DNA from: the human T2T-CHM13v2.0 reference genome, Homo sapiens
Reading direction: 5' to 3' (one strand)
DNA length: 64,000 nucleotides
Assembly (NCBI RefSeq): GCF_009914755.1
Contig: NC_060947.1
The translations under genes were made by a program, and so were the position numbers. A model generated the notes under the pieces. The model saw nothing but the letters and a program-made list of their open reading frames with translations. It made no database searches and was not told where the DNA came from. Shown here piece by piece: positions 1 through 13,539 of the stretch; within the stretch, counting starts at the first letter, position 1; every line of letters starts with the position of its first letter.

Positions 1-214
1 GGGGCAGGGTTATGAAAAGGCTAGGCCCCAGGGCATGGATCTAGGGTTCATTTTGTATCCCACACTCCACATGGGAGTAAATGGCAAACCAAAACACAAC
101 CAAAAAAAGGGGACTGCAATGACTAGCACTAAGGAAATTGCGTCCTACTGAGGAGTGACTGAAGAACTAGGGCAATTTCCCAGTAACTATCATATTGATG
201 GCGATTGATAATCA

Positions 215-426
215 TAAAAACCAGCATTTATTGACCACTTACATACCAAGCCCATTGCTAAAGGCTTACCTCACCTCACCCTTCAGCTATGAGAGAGGGC
301 GAGGGAAGTGGGACCTACCAAGAGATTTTATACTGACTTGCCCTAGGCACCCAGCTAGGAAGTGGTAGAGCCAGAATTTGAACCCAGATCATCTGACACC
401 AAAGTCTGTGTCCTATCCACTGCACC
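215..426 (-). mobile_element. MIR SINE relic
   Basis: tgacttgccctaggcacccagctaggaagtggtagagccagaatttgaaccc resembles the reverse complement of the MIR core. Confidence 0.75.
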
Positions 427-436
427 AATTGCAGCG

Positions 437-767
437 TTTTTTGTTTGTTTGTTTGTTTGTTTTTTGAGACAAGGTCTCACTCTGTTGCCCAGGCTGGAAT
501 GCAATGATGTGAACATGGCTTACTGCAGCCTCAATCTCCTGGGCTTAAAGAATTCTCTCACCTCACCCTCCTGAGTAGCTGTGACACCCAGGTACTGAGC
601 AAAGGTGTGCTGCCATGCTTGGCTAATTTTGTCTGTGTGTGTGTGTGTGTGGAGAAACGGGTCTTGCCATGTTGCCCAGGTTGATCTCAAACTCCTGGCC
701 TCAAGTGATCTCCTGCCTTGGCCTCCCAAAGTGCTTGGATTACAGGCATGAGCCACCATGCCTGGCC
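437..767 (-). mobile_element. AluJ with (TG)n linker and a short internal insert
   Basis: T/GTTT tail, dimeric Alu body with J-type ctgcagcctcaatctcctgggct, degenerate TSD tgcagc(g/a)tt. Confidence 0.9.
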
Positions 768-789
768 TGCAGCATTCTATTTTATAAGA

Positions 790-1010
790 ATCATCAATGC
801 TACCATTTATTAGATGCTTCCTATGTATATGCATCAAGCATTTTTCTAAGCATTTTCTGTGTCTAACCTCACTGAACTCTCCCATCAACCCTATGAAGTA
901 CATAATATATTTACTCCTATGGCTGGAGGAAGCAACTGAGGCTCAGAGAGGTCAAATCACTTGCTCAAGTCCACACAGCTGAGAAGCTTTAGAGTCACTA
1001 CAGAGCTGTG
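790..1010 (-). mobile_element. MIR relic
   Basis: gcaactgaggctcagagaggtcaaatcacttgctcaagtccacacagct is the MIR core. Confidence 0.7.
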
Positions 1011-1619
1011 CTCTCTTCTCTCCTTAAGAAGAAACTTGGAGGTAATAAGCTACACGGCCCCTGAGATCTGAAGGACTACAGTATGATGAGGAAGAAGATT
1101 CACCCATAGTCATGGTACCCCAGTGCACTTTATATCTTTTTTACTCAAATGTGGTTCCAATAGCTTGTGTCAACTGGGCTCCAGTGATTGCTAAGCAGAT
1201 GCTTTTGGCATCAGCTGTTTATCTGGCCTCCCAAGTTATAGCACTGTAGTTTCTTCTTGAGTGGCTCCACCAGCCCAGTCAATCAAATAACCTATCAGCC
1301 TATCAGTTCACTCAGCTGAATTGTTTTTTTCACTCTATTGATCTGTTTGGCTGCACAGAATACATTGACAGGGTGCCCCAGGGTTATGTAAACACACCCC
1401 TCCTCCTACTGAGGGCTCTCTCTGTAAGCCTCAAACCTCAAAAGCCCCAAAGTCAAAGATCTGTTTCCACCATGTGCCCACTACACATTCAGACCAAAGA
1501 AAATGAATGAATGGAAGCCAGGTATCAAACATTCTCTCACTCACCGTTTAAAATTACTTAGAACTGCTCTGGCTATACTATTATGAATGTACTTTGGAGG
1601 TAACTTTTTTATGATTTGG

Positions 1620-1760
1620 GTTTTTTTGTTTGTTTGTTTTAACTTTTAGTTTAGATTCAGGCGTTACATGTACAGGTTTGTTACCTGGGTATATTGTGTA
1701 ATTGCTGAGGTTTGGGGTAAGAATGATCCCATCACCCAGGTACTGAGCAAAATATCCACA
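1620..1760 (-). mobile_element. L1PA (older primate L1) 3'-end fragment
   Basis: tacatgtacaggtttgttacctgggtatattg...gatcccatcacccaggtactgagca matches the L1PA 3' UTR in reverse. Confidence 0.8.
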
Positions 1761-1762
1761 GG

Positions 1763-2064
1763 TTTTTTTATTATTATTTTTTTGAGACAGAGTCTTGCTG
1801 TGTCACCCAGGCTGGAGTGCAGTGGCACAATCTTGGCTCACTGTAACCTCTGCCTCCCAGGTTCAAGCAATCCTCCTGCCTCAGCCTCCTGAATAGCTGG
1901 GACTACAGGAGCACATCACTGTGCCCAGCTAATTTTCGTATTTTTGGTGGAAACAGGGTTTCACCATATTGGCCAGGCTGTCTCCAACTTCTGACCTCAA
2001 AGGATCTGCCTGCCTTAGCCTCCCGAAGTGCTGGGATTACAGGCGTGAGCCACCGCGCCCAGCC
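1763..2064 (-). mobile_element. AluS
   Basis: Full dimeric Alu with T-tail at left. Confidence 0.92.
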
Positions 2065-2439
2065 CCGATAGTTTTTTTTTTAAGACCTGAAATTCTGTAA
2101 TCTGTGAGAAAGGACTAGATACTCTGCCCAAGCAATGAAATCGAAGTCAAAATTATGAGTGTCTGGGGCCTTATAAAGCATAGTGGGAAGAGAATTGCCT
2201 TCCCCAAATACTTTGTACCCTTACCCATGTGCTTGATGTGGACCCAGACACAACTTAGACTGAAGCAAAGCTCTAGGTGAGAGCAGAATGAGTATTTCTC
2301 TCAAAATCTGTTGTGTCTCAAACCTTCACAGAGTTGGGGAAAATCCTGAGAGTTCTGGTTTCAAGGGTCACTGGCTTTAGAATCCCTTAGAAAGTAACTG
2401 AGAACAAGAAGAGAACACATTATCACCTTCTACTTAGAT

Positions 2440-2545
2440 CAGTGGTTCTCAATTCTGGCTGCATATTAAAAAACATCTAGAGAGTGTTTCCAAGGCTGAC
2501 CCATGAGATTCTGACGCAATTGGTATGAGTAGGGCCTGAGCAACA
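2440..2545. mobile_element. MER5-like hAT-Charlie fragment
   Basis: cagtggttctcaattctggctgcatatta terminus and gagattctgacgcaattggt. Confidence 0.55.
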
Positions 2546-2862
2546 ATTGTTTTTCTTATTAACTCTGGTATCAGTTTCTGTTTTTTTCTTACTTAAAATC
2601 TTAGGTGAATTTTCAACTTTACATAAAAAGGTTTGAATGTGCAGTCAGCATTGAGAATGACAGACAACGCTTCCTACAACAGCCTTGGCTACAGTACAAA
2701 AAAAGAGATGTTTTGCTCACTTTCCTGGAGCAAATGAGTCTAAGTAAAAGATACTGCCTCCAATGACCCAGGATCCTACGGTACACGGCTTTTAGGAATG
2801 GGAATATCTTTGCATGTAAACCTGTAGGGCTTACTCCAAGGCCAGAGAATGAAAACCAAGCT

Positions 2863-3307
<445 letters not shown>

Positions 3308-3699
3308 CTAGGAAGATGCCTCCCTCCAATAATGTTTAGGTGAAGGACAACAGAATTCAGCCATGGCCTTTCAGTCTAACTGAAATCTATTGAACAACCT
3401 GTATCCTGTTCCTGAAGTCTACAGTCACAGACATCCAAGCGAAACAATCCCATGGACCCACCAGGGATTGCACAGGTGGGCCTATGGCAGACATACCACC
3501 ACAGAGCAGGGCTCTTCAGGACTTGAGCTAGCAGAGTCCCATGAAGTATCCTGCCCAGTGAATAACAAACAACTCGTTTGGATTTCCCATTTCCCTACCT
3601 ACAGTGGTTGGTTTTTCAATTCACCGAGGAAACAAGAGTCAAACTTTTGTTACCATGGGAATCTGAGTCCTCGGTCATTTAAAAAACACTGATTGTCTA

Positions 3700-3910
3700 C
3701 TTTGGGCTGGACCCCGTGCTATCCACTTGGGACATGGAGAAGACAAGGTCCCTGTCCTCAAGAAGTTCAAAGCCCAGAGAAAGAGACAGATGAGTCAACC
3801 ATGACAGACAGTTGATAAAGGCTAAGGTGAGGAGGGGTTGTGCAACTCAGTCTTGGAAATCAGGAAATGCTCCCTGGAGGAGGTGATGCATGAACTGTGC
3901 CTCAGTATGA
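3700..3910 (-). mobile_element. L2 LINE fragment
   Basis: agacaaggtccctgtcctcaagaagttca...ggaggaggtgatgcatgaactg is L2-like. Confidence 0.5.
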
Positions 3911-5292
3911 TGGTTTGAGGACAAAACCTGTGCCACAAGGGGACTTAGGTCTATAACATGGCTTTGTCCACCTGAATCTCCTCTGTAACTGAGGAACTTC
4001 ATTGATTCTCTACTTACAAGGCATATAACATAGGAAAGCTCGCTGGAAGGGAAATGTGACTAGAAATAGACAAGGCTGTTTACCTAAGGGAGGAGAGCAG
4101 CAAGTAGGTCTGTCCCTCTTTTCTATAACTTTCCCTATTGGCAGCAATTAAAGCATGCCCCTGCCTCTCCAGGAGACTAATCTGCTGCTTGGGACTGCTG
4201 AGAGAGACTGCAGCCCATAGTTGCAAAGACTAGAAGAAAGAACCCTGAGTTCAAATCTTGGCTCTATCTCCATGGCTGTGTGACCATGAGCAAGTCCCTC
4301 CCTCTCTGTGGGCCTCAGTTTTCCCATTTGTACAAGGGGGAGGGAGGTTGGGCTCAATGTTCTCCAAGGCCCCTTCCAGCCCTAATGCTCTCAGATCTTT
4401 TGCTTGCCCAAGGTTAGACAGGCACAGGGCAAAAACAAAAGTCCAGCCAGAGAGGAGTCAGCTGTCTCATCTATTTGCAGATGTTGGGACCACCAGAGGA
4501 TGCTGCTTCTTGGGGCTCCACACTCTCCAGGTGGGAGGCTCATTCTCCTCCCCACTATGGGAAGGAAACTGCAGGCTGGCCAGGTTTGGAAAACAAAGCC
4601 ATGTGGAAGGCATGCCATGAGTGACAAAAATCCTATGTTATTTTCTTTGATTTTTTTTTAAAAGGTTGACATTTTTCAAAATAAAGCTGTTACTTCTCTG
4701 CCACAATGCATGGGCCAGTTAGCGTGTTCATGAATCAGACATCAAATATTTTCTTTCTTCCCCAACATAGCTCTCTCTGTGGGAACAGAGAGTCTAGTAT
4801 CAATAATACCATTAGAGGGGAACTACCCTTCAACATACCTAAGCTGCAATTCCAACCTGCCAAGCAGGGAAAAAGTGATCCCAAATCCTATAGCCGTTAC
4901 TGTCTACTTCTTTTCTTTTGAAGGACCCTTTGATTTCTTTCTTTCTTTTCATCTTCTTTGGCTTTTCAAGCCTATCTTGAACACTTTGGTGATACTCAGG
5001 AGGTCATTAGGCGTTTGCCTCTTGTTAAGCCTCACTCAGAAAAGGACCGCTGGTAATAGAACCAAAATAAATCTTCTCACATTTAACTCCTCTCTCCCAC
5101 AAAGCAGCTGTCCTTGGCTGCCACCACTGTTGCCACAATTTAAAGGAAGGTGGCTACATACCAACCTTTGGTGCCCAGGGAGGAGCCATCCACAATGACA
5201 CACACTTGGCCATCTACGAATGCTGACCAGGATGGAGCTGAGTCCTAACGCTTGGATCATACTTGGGAAAAACCTTTCTACAGCCAGATGCT

Positions 5293-5608
5293 CTTTTTTT
5301 GAGACGGGGTCTCACTCTGTCACCCAGGCTGGAGTGCAGTGGTGCAATCATGGCTCACTGCAGCCTTGATCTCCTGGGCTCAAACAATCCTCCTACCTCA
5401 GCTGCCCAAGAATCTAGGACCACAGGTGTGTGCCACCACATGCAGATGATTTATTATTATTACTATTATTTGTAGAGACAGGGCTTTGCAGTGTTACTCA
5501 GGCTGGTCTTGAACTCCTGGGCTCAAGCAATCCACCTGCCAAAGGCATATAACACAGGCAAGCCTCCCAAAGTGCTGGGGTTACAAGCGTGGGCCACTGT
5601 TCCCAGCC
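5293..5608 (-). mobile_element. AluJ with ~20-bp internal insert
   Basis: J-type body; degenerate TSD caga(tg/ca)ctctt. Confidence 0.9.
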
Positions 5609-5699
5609 TCAGACACTCTTGATTTCATTTATTCTCTGGAAAACCTGTGCCCATGGGAGGCCTCTCATCTCTAAACCGAGATTCCCCAAATATGGCAAA

Positions 5700-5955
5700 T
5701 GCATGCATGCCATTGCTCACACAGTTCTCCTCGCTTGGAATAGCCTTCCCACCTGACCCAGCTCAAATATCACCTCCTCTGAGCAGCCTTTCCTGACCCT
5801 CTCCCCTCACAGGCAGAGTAATCCATCCTTCCTTCGGATTCTCACAGCACACTTTGTTCTTGCCGCTACCATGGCACTTATTACATTACATTAGAGCCAA
5901 GTGGTGACTGCCTTTTACCTCTGAGTGACTGTGAGCTTCTTGAGGACAGGGGCTT
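5700..5955 (+). mobile_element. L2 3' fragment
   Basis: cagctcaaatatcacctcctctgagcagcctttcctgacc...gactgtgagcttcttgaggacaggg. Confidence 0.65.
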
Positions 5956-7930
5956 CATCTAATATTGGAACAATTAGCCTTGGGCTCAGCCCATAAAATT
6001 TTCAGAGCTTGAATTGAAGGGGTAAATTCAGACTTCAGCAATGAAGTTGGAAAGCAGTCCTCCCCAGCCATAAAATTCTGTAACTGTACAAATAAAATGT
6101 GGTCCCACAGACACACTTGTTTTGGGGGCTTGGGGAGGTACATATTTGGCCGTGTTAGACTGGTCTAGAAATCACAATTCCCTTAACTAAACTCACCAGA
6201 TGGTTGGCAATCAAGCTCAATCACTTAGTTAAGGTGAACCAACTTGATATGTCTGTGTCAGGCAACAGACAGCTGGCTAAGTGACTGACACCCCTGAGCC
6301 GCAGGCCACGTGCTTATGGGAAATGGAATAGTGTGTGGGGGTTGGGAGAGGACAAGGGAGTCTGGATGCATTTATTTTGAATTGGGTGATGCACTTGTAT
6401 AAAAGCAAATTGGAACCCTTGACAGAGTCATTCAGCAGTATCAAAGATCTATAGTCACTGCAGCCTGGTGGGGGGAGTGCTACTAGTTACAGTTGCTTGG
6501 CTGTAAATAAAATCTCCCCTGGAATGAAGCATTTTAATTCGAAGTGATTCTATAAGGAGCAGCTGAAAAACCTTTCAAGGAAGCTGGCAGTGTTAAGAGG
6601 AACCTCTATACCAATAGGAAAGGGCTTTGAAAAGAGCTAATGAAGTTTCAGCACGCAGCCCTGAACATGAGCTAGGCCCATTTAGCTACTGGTCAGTGTG
6701 TTTCAGAAACAAAGCAAATTAACCGGGGTGGGGGGCCTAGGGAGGACACACCCCCCAGCTTCCTTCTTGAAGTTTCCTGCAAAACACCAAGAGCCAACAG
6801 CCTCATCCCCAGCCAGTCTCCCACCACAATCTGTGGGGCCAGATCCAGCCTTCTCTCCAGACTGGACACAGTCGAGTTTGGGCATGTGTACTTGTAACAT
6901 TCTTCTCCAATTGCAGTGCCTGGTACAACACCATGAACCTGTTAGGTGCTCAATAAATGTTGACTGACTTGAATTTTTGGAGGAAATTTTTGTTTGGTTT
7001 TCCTAGAAGTGAAAGATGCCCATCAAGAAAAAAAAAAAAAAAAAAAAGAGATCCAAGGAAACGCTGCAAAGGCGACTTTGCTGGTCAGTATCACACCAAC
7101 AGGAAATGGGGTAAGGAGTGAGCAAGTAAACCAAAAGCCACAACAATCTACTTTTAAAACTACAACAATATGTGGGCTGTACAGTAGTGCTGCTAGCTTT
7201 GTTTTCATCTAAAGACATCTGTTTAGAGTTTCTTTGGCTCCAGCACTTTATTTTGTGGTGTGATGGGCCAAGGGTATGGGAACTGGGTAGAATCACGTGG
7301 ATATATATGTGTGAAGTTCCCCAAACAGGCATAATGTTGTCTACAGAAGATAAAGGAGCTCTCAGGATACTGCAATTTAACAAATACCCAGGAAATTCCC
7401 CTGTCTCTAAATCCCCACCACCTCTAACCTGTAGCTGGGACCTCAAATTACACCATTAGTACACCAAGCCTTCGGCTTCAGTATTCACCCCTGTGCTTGG
7501 AAGCTTAGTACATCTCTCTTGATGTTTTACTCAGCCAAGGTGGGGAGTATGTAATAAGCCACAAACACCAGGCTGCGTGATCTGTTGCTACTCAGATCTT
7601 TGACAGCATAGCAAACCAGCTCCAAGCCGACAGTGGGAGGGATGGTAGCTTAACCAGGGGATGAGGTGCAGGGCACAGACTCTAATCCAAAAAGAGAAAG
7701 GAGGCAAATCATAGACACATGTGGTCCTGGTAGAGCAAGCTAAATGGAGATTTCACAGGCCAAGAATTTGTTCTGGAAACGCTATTCATGGTTTCTTAAT
7801 CCACAGTCTAGTCACCCACAGCTCAGCCCAACCTCTGGGTACACAAAGAAAGATCTGGGTAGAGGACAGCTGCCATTCTGGATCCACCCCCACTCCAAAG
7901 AACTCTTAGAAGCAGTGTGTCTCCTGAGGT

Positions 7931-7947
7931 GGGGCGGGGCGGGGGGG
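7931..7947 (+). promoter_or_regulatory. Tandem GC boxes / G-quadruplex-capable G run
   Basis: ggggcggggcggggggg followed by ETS-like atttcctg and E-box cagctg. Confidence 0.35.
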
Positions 7948-8559
7948 CTTATTTCCTGTGGCAACAGCTGCTTCTGTCTCCCACTTTTCAATGAGGTCAT
8001 CTAGTCTTCAGCTGCACAATCAAAAACAGTAAAGAGCAGGCCTCTGGAGTTATGATTGTCATTAAAACTAAACTCCATCAGCACATTCTCAGGACTGCAC
8101 CTGGGAAGGCAGATGCAGGATGCTGCCCATTCTCAGGGCTGCTCCTAGCTCCCAGGGATCTGAGTGCAAAGCCCAGACAGGGGTCATCACACATTCCAAA
8201 TGCAAAGAATTTACAGACAGGGGAGGAAGGAGGAGCAAGACTCTGAGCCACTTTCTTCTGGAAACCCTTTCTTGACCAAATACCTCCCCTTCTTCCTGTG
8301 AGCATGGAAAAGGAAGGACAAGAAATCTCAGCCCTAGGGAATACCACCTTGGAAAACCATCATTTTTCACACTGTCACTTCCGGGATTCTCCCAAGAGCA
8401 AGCTATTGTTCCTGAGCCATTTCCCATGTATTAACCAGCACGAAGGACACACTCCAACAAAGCTGGCAGGCCTCCTGCAACATGTCTCCAGAGTTATTCC
8501 TGGGTCTGTACTCTAGTGGAAGTGTCCCCTACCCCAGTCCCAAGCTTCAGAGTTTCAAC

Positions 8560-8770
8560 GATGAGAGCTATCATCCAGTAGGCACCTTTCCTGCACCAGG
8601 CAATGGGATGAGTGTTTGAATTAGCTCCTTTAATCTCACAGCAACTCTACCAGCATCCTCATTTTATAGATAAAGACACTGTGGCTCTGTGGGGGCTACA
8701 TGACTTGCCCAGGTCACACAATTAAGAAATTCTGGGACCCAAACCCAAGTCTCTCTGAAACCAGAGCCAA
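8560..8770 (-). mobile_element. MIR relic
   Basis: tgacttgcccaggtcacacaatt core. Confidence 0.65.
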
Positions 8771-8832
8771 TGGTCATATACATGAAACTGGACAAAGTCT
8801 CTGGCATTCACTCTGCAGCATTTCCCCTGCTA

Positions 8833-9285
<453 letters not shown>

Positions 9286-9684
9286 TTAGTATCAGAATCA
9301 CCTTCTCCCAGATCCCAATTCCTCGCAAAACACATCTTTCTGCCAAGTCAAGTCAGCTCAATGTTGTACTTTCATGGCTGCAGTTTTCCCTGAGGGAATA
9401 AAGTTAAAGCAGTGTCTCTACCCAGCTTTCTGCTCCAGGCTGGCAGCTTCTTCGCCCTGAGGAAGACAGTGAGGAGAAGTCCGTGCCTATGACATTATGT
9501 CTTGATTGAACACTTGTCCTCTCTAATTGGTATTGATGTGAAAAGAGGGAAAGGAGGAAAGAGAGCAACAGGAAAGACAAAACCCACTTTAGTCATGTCA
9601 TTTTCTAGGACAAAGGTCCAGGCTTCCAGAGCTCTATCTGAGAGGCAGGCCCAGGCAGCAGAGGGGCCAATGCTCTTTGCGAGG

Positions 9685-9770
9685 ATGGCTTTGCTTGGCA
9701 GGAATAAATCAGCTGCAGGAGAAGCTCATGGCTTTGCTTGGCAGGAATAAAGCAGCTGCAGGAGAAGCTC
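9685..9770. repeat. 43-bp tandem duplication (2 copies)
   Basis: atggctttgcttggcaggaataaa(t/g)cagctgcaggagaagctc twice, one mismatch. Confidence 0.95.
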
Positions 9771-10025
9771 TGGCTGCTGGGCACAGCATTATAACCTTTC
9801 TTGGACTATACTCTGTTTCTGTGGCTTAGGCTTCCAACCACTGCCTCTTCTCTTCACAGGGCTGTACAACTGCAACTTTGGGAAGTGCACACTGAGCTTC
9901 ATCTAAATTCATTCCTTGTCAGAAGCCAAGGAATGTAATTCAGCTTATGCTAAGGAGAAGGTTGTGGAGGAAAGAATACTATGGATTTATTTATATACAA
10001 ATAAAGAGAATGCAGTGTGTACAGG

Positions 10026-10378
10026 TGATAGGGTTTGGCTGTGTCCCCACCCAAATCTCACCTTGATTGTAATAATCCCCCATGTCAACATGGGGAGAGG
10101 TGGAGATAATTGACTCATGGGGGCCGTTCCCCCCATACTGTTCTCGTGGTAGTGAATAAGTCTCATGAGATCTGATGGTTTTATAAATGGGAGTTCCCCT
10201 GCACAAGCTCTCTTGCCTGCCACCATGTAAGGTGTGACTTTGCTTCTCCTTTGCCTTCTGCCACGACTGTGAGACCTCCCTAGCCATGTGGAACTGTGAG
10301 TTCATTAAACCACTTTACTTTATAAATTACCCAGTTTCGGGTATGTCTTTATTAGCAGCATGAGAACAGACTAATACA
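10026..10378 (+). mobile_element. THE1-family MaLR solo LTR
   Basis: tgatagggtttggctgtgtccccacccaaatctc...gaacagactaataca; TG..CA ends; perfect 5-bp TSD acagg. Confidence 0.93.
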
Positions 10379-10431
10379 ACAGGTGTCTCCTAGGAAATCC
10401 AGTGCTACAAATGTATTTTGCACTCAGACAG

Positions 10432-10520
10432 CAGGGCCAGGATGAAGGTGAGGCAAGCAAGGTGCTCACCTTGTGTGTAAAATTTAAGGGGGCACCAAAA
10501 CATTCAGCCATCAAGATACT
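10432..10520 (+). mobile_element. MER96-like hAT fragment
   Basis: cagggccaggatgaaggtgaggcaag...aaaatttaagggggcaccaaaa. Confidence 0.6.
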
Positions 10521-11098
10521 TTTTCAAAGAATGTTTTGTATTTTAGAATAGTTTTGGATTTCTAGAAAAATTGTGAAATAGTACAATGAGTTCCCATAAG
10601 CCCCACACCCAGTTTCCCACATAAACATCTCTTGATTAATAAGGTACCTTTGTCACAATTAATGAGCTAATATCAATTTGTTATTAACTAAAGTCTATGC
10701 TTTATTTAGATTTCCTTAGTTTTTACTTTTTTCGGTTGCAGGATCCCACATTACATCTAGTTGTCACATATCCTTGAGCTCCTCTTGGCTGTGACAATTT
10801 CTCAGACTTTTCTGGATTTTGATGACTTGATAATTTTGAGGAGTACTGGTCAACTATTTTGTAGAATCCCATTCTATTGGAATTTTTCTGATGTTTTTCT
10901 CATAAGTAGGCTGTGGTTATGGATTATAGGGAAGAAGACCACAGAGATAAAGTGCCATTCGCATCTCATCATATCCAAAGACACATACAATCAGCATGAT
11001 TTATGATTGGTGATGTTCACATTGATCACCTGGCTGAGGCAGTATTTGTCAGGTTAATCCATGGTAAGGATACTTGTCTTTCCCTTTCCATACTGCAC

Positions 11099-11395
11099 TT
11101 TTTTTTTTTTTTTTGAAACGGAGTCTTGCTCTGTCGCCCAGGTTGGAGTGCAGTGGAGCAATCTTGACTCACTGCAACCTCCGCCCCCCTGGTTCACGCC
11201 ATTCTCCTGCCTCAGCCTCCTGAGTAGCTGGGACTACAGGTGCCTGCCACCACGCCCATCTAATTTTTTTATATTTTTAGTAGAGACTGGGTTTCACCAT
11301 GTTAGCCAGGATGGTCTTGATCTCTGACCTCATGATCTGCCCACCTCGGCCTCCCAAAGTGCTGGGATTACAGATGTGAGCCACCACACCCGGCC
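11099..11395 (-). mobile_element. AluY/Sc inserted at the tail of the adjacent AluJ
   Basis: ggttcacgccattctcc, gttagccaggatggtcttgatctc. Confidence 0.9.
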
Positions 11396-11402
11396 TGCAC
11401 CC

Positions 11403-11691
<289 letters not shown>

Positions 11692-12261
11692 CATACTATA
11701 CTCTTTTACAAGGAAGTCACTATTCGCAGTTCATACTTAAGGAGTGAGGAGTTACACTCCACCTCCTTGAGGGCAGAGAATCTACACAAATTATTTGGAA
11801 TTACCCTGCACAAAAGATGTGTCTATCATCCATTTATTTAACCATTTAATTATATCAGTATGGACTCTTGGATGTTTATTTTATACTTTGGGTTATAGTC
11901 CAATAATACTAGTATATTTTCTCAAGTTTTTATACCTTTGGCTGTTGGTAGCTCTTTTAGTTGGCTCCTGTGATGTTCTGCTTTTTGTTTTTGTTTGTGT
12001 ATTTGTTAACACTTCCTTACTTTCTGGCAATACAAGATGTTCCAGGCTTATCTTGTGTATTTTCTGCCTCAGTCCTGGAATCGGTCATTTCTCCAAGGAG
12101 CCCTGGTTGCTTTTATTGAAAAACAGTATTAGAAAACAAACAAGATTTGGATTCTACTTGAATAAATGATATTTAAGGCAATGGTTTTTTTTTTTTAAGT
12201 CAAGAAAATATGGCCCACAGGATGGCTGCCTGATTCTGTATATAAAGTTTAACTGGAACCA

Positions 12262-12580
12262 AGGATGGTGTTAGGGTGGGTCAAGAGAGGCAGGGGTGTG
12301 CAAGGGCAGAGTTGGAAACTGTATTTAAAATTTTGATATTTGTTCATTTTGGATTTGTCTACATTAATTTTAAGTCTTTAAAACATATCATTACAGCTAC
12401 TCAGGAAACCAAGGCAGGAGGATCACTTGAGCTCAAGAGTTCCATGATCGCGCCTATGAATAGACACTGCACTCCAGCCTGGGCAACATAAGTAGAAACT
12501 TCTCTTTTAAAAAATCATATCATTAAAATGTTATTTATGTTGATTACTGATTTTTTGGTACCCCCTTTAGTTTGGGCCTT
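12262..12580 (-). mobile_element. MER96-like hAT element interrupted by FAM
   Basis: ttgattactgattttttggtaccccctttagtttt is the reverse complement of the motif at 10480-10520. Confidence 0.55.
12394..12514 (+). mobile_element. FAM (fossil Alu monomer), truncated
   Basis: 7SL-like atgatcgcgcctatgaatagacactgcactccagcc; TSD aaaa(t)catatcatta. Confidence 0.75.
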
Positions 12581-13499
12581 GTTGGAAAGCAATCTGGCTT
12601 CAGGTCAGTGGTCCAACTGAATTTGTTACTGCTTTCTGAAAAAGGGTGTAGCTTAAGGCCAGTGTCTTCCTGGGCAATGGAATCTCCCAATGGAGCCACG
12701 TATTAAAGCCATAGAATTCCAGGCCTCGGCCCAGCCCTCCAAAATCATGACAATGATCTACTTCTGGTGTTTGGCAACCACTAAGGTAAGCTGTCTAACA
12801 CAGGTCTGTGGATAGGGAGGTGGTTTGATAAAAACATACTCCAAAATGATCATCCTTTACTTTGTGTAGAATAATGGCAGTTGTTCTAAAATTTCAAATA
12901 ATACTGAAGGATGGGGAGGTGTACTTGTGGTTCTAATTGGAATCTGGGTCTTTAAAGATGACATTGATCCTGAGCATGTATGTCCCAGAAATTCCATTTT
13001 GGATTAATGAAAGCTGGAGTCTGTGCCCTGTGCATCTTCTCTTCCTCTTCCACCAACTCAACAAGATGAGGGGAAAGCAGCTCCTCATTTAGACTTTCTC
13101 TTCATCTGCCCACAAATAATGTGCTGATCTCTCTCATTGACTCCTTTGCCCTGAAGGCTCGCTCTCCCTCTCCCACCTCCTTTCCCCCTTTCTTGATCTC
13201 TTGCACTCTCTTGCTTTTGCTCGCCCAGCCTCCTGGCCTCATAGATTCCCTTTGCTGTCACTGGTGCTTTTTTTCAAGGTTGCTGGCACTCCCATGTGTG
13301 CTCTCTTGCTCCTGCATGAGCTTTCTCCATCCATCTTGGGCTCTTTCCCTACCTCTAAAACACTGGCTTGCTGTCACCTTCTCAGGCCTGACTGTGATCT
13401 CGCTTTCTTTATTGCTTTCTCCTACTCTCTTTCTTTCTCCCTGTCTCTCTTCAAGTGGCTCTCTCTCACACGTTCTTGCTCTCCCATTCCCCTGTGCAT

Positions 13500-13500
<1 letters not shown>

Positions 13501-13538
<38 letters not shown>
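13501..13538. repeat. (GT)19 microsatellite
   Basis: Direct reading. Confidence 0.97.

Positions 13539-13539
<1 letters not shown>

Noticed and set aside
5686-5695. Single CArG box CCAAATATGG and scattered single AP-1/NF-kB matches
   Set aside because: Isolated short motifs are expected by chance in 64 kb.
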